Below, piece by piece: positions 57,156 to 64,000 of a stretch of DNA of 64,000 nt. The translations under genes were made by a program, and so were the position numbers. Numbering within the stretch: position 1 is the stretch's first letter; the number at the start of each line of letters is the position of its first letter. Origin of the DNA: a virus; IMG/VR virus record IMGVR_UViG_3300012078_000004, positions 1,788 to 65,787 of that record; one strand, 5' to 3'. The notes under the pieces are model-generated. The model ran no database searches. It was not told where the DNA came from and worked only from the letters and a program-made list of their open reading frames with translations.

Positions 57156-58217
57156 ATGAAAAACACTGTAGAAATAAACAGTGCGAAATTAGTACACGCG
57201 GATTCCCTGCAATATATCAAAACCCTGCCAGACAACTGCATTGACGCCATCATTACTGATCCGCCCTATTACCGCGTTAAGACAAACGGCTGGGACAATC
57301 AGTGGTCGTCCACTATTGAATTTTTGGCGTGGCTGGACGAGTTCTTCGCTGAATTTTGGCGGGTGCTGAAGCCAAGCGGCTCGCTGTATCTGTTTTGTGG
57401 GCCGAAACTTTCAGCTGATACAGAAATACTGATGCGCGCCCGCTTCAACGTGCTGAACCACATCGTGTGGGCGAAACCAAGCGGGCGATGGAATGGGGCA
57501 AACAAAGAATCATTCCGCCAGTATTTCCCCGCGACCGAGCACGTTCTCTTTGCTGAGCACTATGGTGCGGACGGCTTTGCGAAAGGATCGACGGGCTATG
57601 CATCAAAGTGCCAAGAACTGAAACAGCAGGTATTCGCGCCGCTGATTGAATATTTCAGGTCAGCGCGCCAGCGGCTGGGCATTTCAGCGAAAGAAATCAA
57701 TGAGGTCACAGGCACAAAAATGTGTAGCCATTGGTTTAGCGCGAGCCAATGGCAGTTGCCGAGCGAAACCCAGTACGCGGCTCTTCAAAAGCTGTTTAAT
57801 CGTCGTGCCGATGAATTGGGTAGCACCGGGCTGGCCAGCGACCACGCCTCATTAGCTCGTGAATATGCTGGGCTTTCAGAGGAGTACGGTGGCTTGCTAC
57901 GGCAGTACGACGATCTGCGGGGTGAGTATGAGAGCCTTCGGCGACCGTTCAACGTGACTAAGGCGGTACCGCACACGAACGTTTGGACGTACCCGCCGGT
58001 TCAGTTCTACCCAGGGAAACATCCGTGCGAAAAGCCGTTGGCTATGATGCTCGACATCATCAACGCCAGCACGCGCCCCGGCGATCTTGTCGCGGACTTC
58101 TTTATGGGGTCGGGTGCCACGCTAAAAGCGGCGGAAATGCTGGGTCGGCGGTCGCTCGGCGTCGAATTAGAGGAAGAGCGGTTCTTGCAAACTGCCGATG
58201 AAATAAGGCGTCTTTAA
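57156..58217 (+). CDS. DNA methyltransferase (mirror copy)
   Basis: Mirror of 21372-22433. Confidence 0.9.
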   Translation: MKNTVEINSAKLVHADSLQYIKTLPDNCIDAIITDPPYYRVKTNGWDNQWSSTIEFLAWLDEFFAEFWRVLKPSGSLYLFCGPKLSADTEILMRARFNVLNHIVWAKPSGRWNGANKESFRQYFPATEHVLFAEHYGADGFAKGSTGYASKCQELKQQVFAPLIEYFRSARQRLGISAKEINEVTGTKMCSHWFSASQWQLPSETQYAALQKLFNRRADELGSTGLASDHASLAREYAGLSEEYGGLLRQYDDLRGEYESLRRPFNVTKAVPHTNVWTYPPVQFYPGKHPCEKPLAMMLDIINASTRPGDLVADFFMGSGATLKAAEMLGRRSLGVELEEERFLQTADEIRRL

Positions 58218-58280
58218 TCATGTAGCCCCGGTCTCCGGGGCTTTTTTTTGGCCCGCCGGGCTGAGGCTGCAGGCGGAGCT

Positions 58281-58589
58281 ATGACGACGGTAATTGAATA
58301 CGGAAATCCAGACCTCTGGCTGGTTTTGCTGATGCTCGTTGCAGGTGTTATCTCGAGCGCCCTACTTTCCAGCGACCCGCTCAACTTGCGGCGCGTGACT
58401 GGTGATGTTCTTCGCGGCGTCATCGTAGCGATCACGCTCTGGACCTTTGGCCTGATGGGCCAGTTCTCAATAACGCAGGTGATCGTCCTATCCGGGCTGT
58501 CGGCAGTGGCATGGCCACACGCCGCCGAAGTCATCACCGGCTTTGCAAAACGAAATCTAAGCCGGATCTTCGGCGGGAGAAAGAAATGA
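58281..58589 (+). CDS. Putative holin (mirror copy)
   Basis: Mirror of 21000-21308. Confidence 0.7.
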   Translation: MTTVIEYGNPDLWLVLLMLVAGVISSALLSSDPLNLRRVTGDVLRGVIVAITLWTFGLMGQFSITQVIVLSGLSAVAWPHAAEVITGFAKRNLSRIFGGRKK

Positions 58590-59104
58590 ATTACGGACTC
58601 GTCAACAAGATTGACGCGATTAGCTATGCCCGTGCGGCCTGTGACGTGCTTGGCGGTGGGAAAAACCCTGAGAGCACTGTAGCGCTGCTTGTTGAGACAG
58701 CAGCAGCTGAGACGCTTTTGGGGGATTACAAAGACCCTACGCCAACCAGCGCCGGAACGGGCCTCACGCAAGTCGATCAAGGCACCTTTGAATGGTTACG
58801 CGATAAATACAAGGGCACGGCGTTGGCCAGCCGCTTGCTGAAGGAATTCGGCATCGACTTATCTCGAACCGTGTATCAGGAATTGAGGACATCACCGTTG
58901 ATGGCGATGGTGTTCTGCCGCCTGCGCTATATGGCAGTGCCAACAGTTATCCCGGCTACGCGAGAAGGCCGCGCCAGCTATTGGAAGCAGTATTACAACA
59001 CGGTTGCTGGCAAAGGCACGCCAGCAGATTACCTCGAAAAATGCCAACGCAGCGATGTGGACGCGCTGTTCGCCGAAGAGCGCCGCCTCGGCGCAGGGGG
59101 TTGA
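58586..59104 (+). CDS. Putative endolysin (mirror copy)
   Basis: Mirror of 20485-21003. Confidence 0.65.
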   Translation: MNYGLVNKIDAISYARAACDVLGGGKNPESTVALLVETAAAETLLGDYKDPTPTSAGTGLTQVDQGTFEWLRDKYKGTALASRLLKEFGIDLSRTVYQELRTSPLMAMVFCRLRYMAVPTVIPATREGRASYWKQYYNTVAGKGTPADYLEKCQRSDVDALFAEERRLGAGG

Positions 59105-60953
59105 TATGAAGGCGATGTTCAAAGGATGGCTGACGCTGGTCAGCGTATTCGGTCTGCTGGTCGTCGTTATGGACCCAGCCCGCGCCGAAGTGAGCACCGA
59201 TCTGGCTGATGTTATCAGCGCACTTCCGCCGGGGTTTGCGGCGTGGTTGGGGGTTATTACGGGCGTGCTGTATGCGCTGGCGCAGCTGCGGGCGGTGTTA
59301 CCGCCTCGCATTACTGACCGAATCCCGACGATTTTGATGAAGCTGCTGGATTTGGTGGCAGCGAACTACAAGCACGCGCGGAACGTGCCACCGGCTCCCG
59401 CCGGAGATCGTGACGATTGGGACCGTGGTCCCAGCGATGACAAATTCCGTGAGATCGTGGAAACGGCCAAAGCAGAGGGGAAAATTCGTGGAAGCCGTAT
59501 TGAGAATAGTCGCGATAGCCCTGGAATTGATAATCCGGGGCGTAAGGGCGCATGAGGCCGATGAACGCCAGCGCAGGATTGATTATGCGCGGAATAATCC
59601 TGCTGATTACCTGCGCCGCTTTGGTCGCGTGCGGGAAGTCACCGGCGATACCGATGCCAGAGCCATGCGCAGCGATAAGGCCGGTCCTGAGTGATTCAGC
59701 TCAGGTGGATGGATATTTCGTTATTTCAAATGCAGACATGTCACAGCTGACCGGTTACATGGCGGCGCTGGAGCAGGGTTGCATTGCTCAAAAAGAGTGA
59801 GAGTAGATGGCTATTTTTAAGCGGCTCAGCAACGAGCAAATTACTGAGATGTACACCCATCAAGCCCTATTTTGCGGCGTGGTGCCGGTTTACATCAACA
59901 TGCGTAATCCGGCCGCCCCGGACGTTGCTGTACGTAACTGGGTTCCGGAATGGAGCATGGATGCTGTTGAATGGCTGCTGTTGCCGTATCAATGGTTGCG
60001 AAAGAAGTTAAACCCGAGCTATGTGCCGTTGGCTGGGTTTGTGCTTACTGGTCCGATCAAAGGGGCGGCAGAATGAAGGTCTATATTGCAGGCCCGATGA
60101 CCGGGCATGAGAACTTCAATCGTGATGCCTTCAACAAAGAAGCCGCGCGCCTGACAGCCCGCGGGCATGTCGTTCTCAACCCGGCAACTCTGCCGTCTGG
60201 TCTGACCCAAGGCGAATACATGGACATTTGCTTTGCCATGGTTCGGGCTGCTGATGGTGTTCTGCTGCTCCCTGGGTGGAAGGCGTCACCGGGTGCTACG
60301 GCTGAGTATCACTATGCCTACAAGCTGGGACTGAAGACGTTTTCAGTCCTGAACATCCCTAGCGCAGACATGGCCGGCTATGCCGAGCTGCTCGCCTGAT
60401 AATTAACGGAGACATCATGGAAAACCAAATGACGGCGCTATCGTCGGTCAGCATCGAAGAAGAAACGTTATCCAAGCTGCTGATTGAGGCATGTGCCAGC
60501 ACGTCACCGGACCGATATAAAACTGCCGCCGACTTGGCAGCTGAAGCGGTGAAGTCAGCATTCGCAAAATTGCGTGGCCAAAATGAAGCTGGCCAAATGA
60601 CGGTTAGCCTCGGTGTGAAAGTTGATGATCAGGTGCTTCAATGCCTGAACCATATCGCTCAAGAGGTCAACGGCCTATCCGAAAAAGTCAGTGATAGCAA
60701 CGCTCGGCTAACCCATGTAATCACAACGTTATCCGATAAAAACTACCCAGAACTCAGGGGCGCCTGATCTATCAAGCGCCGTCCGTCGCCGCCGTCAGCG
60801 TTAGCAGAGACGCATCGCTCCTTTATGCAGAGCGCGCTGGTTGAGTCAGTAACGGGCAACACCTCAGTGGCAACTGGATCAAGCCGGCAACGTCAGCCGT
60901 GGTGGAAGAAGCGGCGTGACCCCGCGAGAGAGCGGACAACACCAGAGATTACT

Positions 60954-61319
60954 ATGCCTCCACGAACAAAGAGACCGTGCCGCCATACAGGCTGCGCGGC
61001 ATTAACCAATGACCGATCTGGGTATTGCGACCAGCATCGTGAGCAGCACGCCGGCGACGGTTGGCAGAGGCATACAGGCGGCAAGTCTCGGCATGAGCGA
61101 GGCTATGGCCGACAGTGGGACATCCGCCGCCCTCGTATCCTGCAGCGTGATAACTACGTATGCCAGGCATGTAAGAGAAAGGGCATTGGAACCGTGGCGA
61201 CACATGTCGACCACATCATACCGAAAGCCCACGGCGGGACTGATGCAGACGACAACCTTGAGTCGCTGTGCGCTCCGTGTCACAGGGCGAAGACTGCGAC
61301 GGAGAGGTTTAGGCGATGA
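60954..61319 (+). CDS. HNH endonuclease (mirror copy)
   Basis: Mirror of 18270-18635. Confidence 0.9.
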   Translation: MPPRTKRPCRHTGCAALTNDRSGYCDQHREQHAGDGWQRHTGGKSRHERGYGRQWDIRRPRILQRDNYVCQACKRKGIGTVATHVDHIIPKAHGGTDADDNLESLCAPCHRAKTATERFRR

Positions 61320-62353
61320 GAGGGTTAAGAGATCTGGCCGTACCTCTGACGAAAGAACAAAGCATTGATATTGCGTTGTCCTATGCGGAACAGATTAAAA
61401 GCAGCCCAAGGTTGAAGACGTTGGCATACTGGCGCTTGAAGGCCAAGGAGCAGGGAGCACCGGATTGGTTCATCAGAATGGTTGATGTTGAAATCAACGT
61501 GGTCATCCACCGGGTAGCGTACCTTGATGGTTGGCATTGCACTGGTGATTCTTGGGGTTTCGCTACTGAAACCATGAGGCTAATCTATGGGGCTGACATG
61601 ATGGTTCGCCAGTACGCCAACCCCCACATGATGGCAGCACACAACACAGACAAGGTTGAAGGCTGGCTACAGACCCTGAATAATAAGTCGCAATAGAGAG
61701 ACTGAGGCGAGGTAGTACATGGATATCATGCTTGTAGGCGGTCAATATGATGGCGAATGGATTCGTGTTGATGGCGATAACCAGAGCCCCCCGATGCCAT
61801 ACCTCAACATGCATCCTAAGCTTGAGCCTTTAACGAAGCCTGTATCGGACGAAAATCCGAACAGGAAGGTGTATTTGCTTGTCTATAAGCTTGAACGAGT
61901 CGATACATCGCCGCACGCGTGGCATTACGAATATCACTACCAAGGTCGCTAAGGCGACCTTTTTTGATCACGAAACAGGTAAGAGTAAAGGGATCGAAGT
62001 TATGACTGAAGAACAAGCAACCTTGCTACTAGTCAAAGGCACTATCGCTGATTTGCCTGCAGAAACGCAGGAGTCCGTCAAGAAATGCGTGGCAAGCATT
62101 AGAGAATTGTTGGCCGCGCATCCGAACGGTGAGGCGCATATCGCGCTCGCACTGCTGGGCGCAGAGCTGGCAGCAAACTGATGATGGCATCGCCACAGGC
62201 GCTCCCAGAGCGTCTGAGCCAATGCTCTCAGGGGGTAGGGGGGATCAAATCCCAAACCCCTTTCGATCGCCGGGACTGCCGCTTCAGGTAGATTTTTACG
62301 CGCGTGTAATAAGAATTTTTTTTTCGAACATTTTTAACATCTGAGGTGCTGCG

Positions 62354-62791
62354 ATGTCGGCAGGGATTCGCTCGCCGGGTGCCGGCGCAAAACCAGTGAA
62401 CTCGGGGGTTCAAACAAAGACGCTGACTCGCGCAGTTTCTCCGCCAGACGAGTTGATGGGGGAAATGGCGGTCGATGCGTGGAAGCGGACGTGCAAGATA
62501 TTGGTCGATAGCGGTAATTTTGCAATGCAGGATTGTTTTCTCCTGATGGAGTACTGCAACACAATCCAAATCCTGTATGACGCCAATCAGGAAATTAAAA
62601 ACGATGGCATGTCAGATGAAACTGCCGCCGGCGGCGCGAAGCTGTCCGCAGCAATAAAGACTCGCGACAAGTGCATCTCACAACTGATCCGACTCAGCGT
62701 CGTCCTGCGGCTGGACCCGACCAGCCGAGTTCGGCGTGCTGGCAGCGGGGCGAACGACGAAGAGAAAGGAAACGAATTTGCAGGCTACTAA
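62354..62791 (+). CDS. terS: Terminase small subunit (mirror copy)
   Basis: Mirror of 16798-17235. Confidence 0.87.
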   Translation: MSAGIRSPGAGAKPVNSGVQTKTLTRAVSPPDELMGEMAVDAWKRTCKILVDSGNFAMQDCFLLMEYCNTIQILYDANQEIKNDGMSDETAAGGAKLSAAIKTRDKCISQLIRLSVVLRLDPTSRVRRAGSGANDEEKGNEFAGY

Positions 62792-62831
62792 CTGGGACCG
62801 CGGTCCCAGTTTTTGATCATGGATACCTCTG

Positions 62832-64000
62832 ATGGCGACATATCCAAACGTGAACGCGGCGATGCAGTACGCGCGCGACGTCATCAGCGGGAAAATTCTG
62901 GCGTGCAATTACGTCAAAATGGCGTGCCACCGCCACATTGATGATCTGCAAAAGAGCATCAACGATAAGGATTACCCGTTTCGGTTTGATCGAGAGAAGG
63001 CTGAACGTGCGTGCCGTTTTGTGCAGTTGCTCCCCCATTCCAGCGGCGATTTGAAAGGGCAAAAGCTCAAGGCAGAGCCGTGGCAGCTATTTATCTTCTC
63101 ATGCATATTTGGTTGGTTGAGAAAGAAGGATAAAAAGCGCCGTTTTACTGAAGCATATATTCGAGTTGCTCGTAAAAATGGTAAATCGTTTTTTGCTGCG
63201 GGCATTGGAATATATATGTTCTGTGCTGATGGTGAGAACGGAGCCGAGGTCTACTGCGGCGCTACGCAAATGCGTCAGGCCAAAAAGGTTTTCACGCCAG
63301 CGCGCCACATGGCCAGAATGCTGCCGAACTTGCGTTCGCACTTTGGTGTAGAAGTCTGGGTCGACAAGCTGACCCGAGAGGATGGTTCGATATTTGCCCC
63401 GGTAGTAGGCGACCCTGGGGATGGTGACTCCCCGTCGTGCGCCATCATTGACGAATATCACGAACACTCGACAGACACCCTATATCAGACGATGACAACG
63501 GGTATGGGCGCACGTAGCCAGCCTTTGACCGTTATTATCACCACTGCTGGTAGCAACCTCGCCTCACCTTGTTACGACAAGGATAAAGAGGTGAAGGAGG
63601 TACTGGACGGAATTCTGCCGGGTGATCATATCTTCGGCATGATTTACGAGCTGGACCCCGGCGACGACTGGCAAGATCCTACGAACTTGATCAAGGCTAA
63701 CCCGAACATAAGTGTATCGGTTGGCTACGAGTATCTGGTTAAAAAGCTGGAAACCGCTCGCACTGTTCCGCGTCAGACTAACGCAATAAAAACCAAGCAC
63801 CTCAATATGTGGGTGTCGGCAGCGTCGGCGTTCTTCAGCATGGAGCACTGGAAAGCAGCTGAAGACAAGAGCCTTCGGTTTGAGGATTTCCGGCAGGATG
63901 AATGCATATTTGCGTTGGATTTGGCGAAAAAACTCGACCTGAACGCTGGTATTCCATTGTTCGTCAGGGAAATTAAGGGGAAGCGGCACTACTACTGCAT
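62832..64000 (+). CDS. terL: Terminase large subunit (mirror copy, truncated by window end)
   Basis: Mirror of part of 15042-16757. Confidence 0.93.
   Translation, partial: MATYPNVNAAMQYARDVISGKILACNYVKMACHRHIDDLQKSINDKDYPFRFDREKAERACRFVQLLPHSSGDLKGQKLKAEPWQLFIFSCIFGWLRKKDKKRRFTEAYIRVARKNGKSFFAAGIGIYMFCADGENGAEVYCGATQMRQAKKVFTPARHMARMLPNLRSHFGVEVWVDKLTREDGSIFAPVVGDPGDGDSPSCAIIDEYHEHSTDTLYQTMTTGMGARSQPLTVIITTAGSNLASPCYDKDKEVKEVLDGILPGDHIFGMIYELDPGDDWQDPTNLIKANPNISVSVGYEYLVKKLETARTVPRQTNAIKTKHLNMWVSAASAFFSMEHWKAAEDKSLRFEDFRQDECIFALDLAKKLDLNAGIPLFVREIKGKRHYYC

Larger units (their letters stand above)
15589..64000. repeat. Giant inverted repeat: 39795-64000 is the reverse complement of 15589-39794
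   Basis: Mirrored ORF coordinates sum to 79589 with identical translations; no difference found in spot checks. Confidence 0.98.

Noticed and set aside
39795-64000. Second independent prophage or recent gene duplication
   Set aside because: Mirror image centred exactly on the telomere palindrome; best explained as hairpin read-through or a dimer junction, so not counted as extra gene content

Overview
The window holds most of an N15/phiKO2/PY54-like linear phage-plasmid (temperate siphophage prophage, enterobacterial-looking), read through one of its hairpin telomeres. The sequence is a mirror image about 39794/39795 (position x pairs with 79589-x). Bases 39795-64000 are the reverse complement of 15589-39794, so only 1-39794 is unique. 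Walking in from the palindromic telomere (core TATACGC|GCGTATA) the unique arm carries: protelomerase; a RepA primase-helicase with a candidate internal origin; cB/cro/CII-like/Q; an early accessory block (RdgC, exonuclease, Ea22, Lar, Dam-type MTase); an AT-rich island with a LexA-boxed small gene and hicAB; a Q-type late promoter; a second MTase; an atypical five-gene lysis cassette; HNH/terminase/HK97-type head genes; and lambda-like tail genes running off the left edge in J. Two morons sit among the tail genes: a complete hok/sok locus and a secreted protein. Nine perfect and one degenerate F-sopC-type palindromes (TGGGACCnnGGTCCCA) are dispersed along the arm, but sopAB is not in the window. 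No database searches were run; family calls rest on recognised motifs and synteny, and start codons were adjusted by eye.
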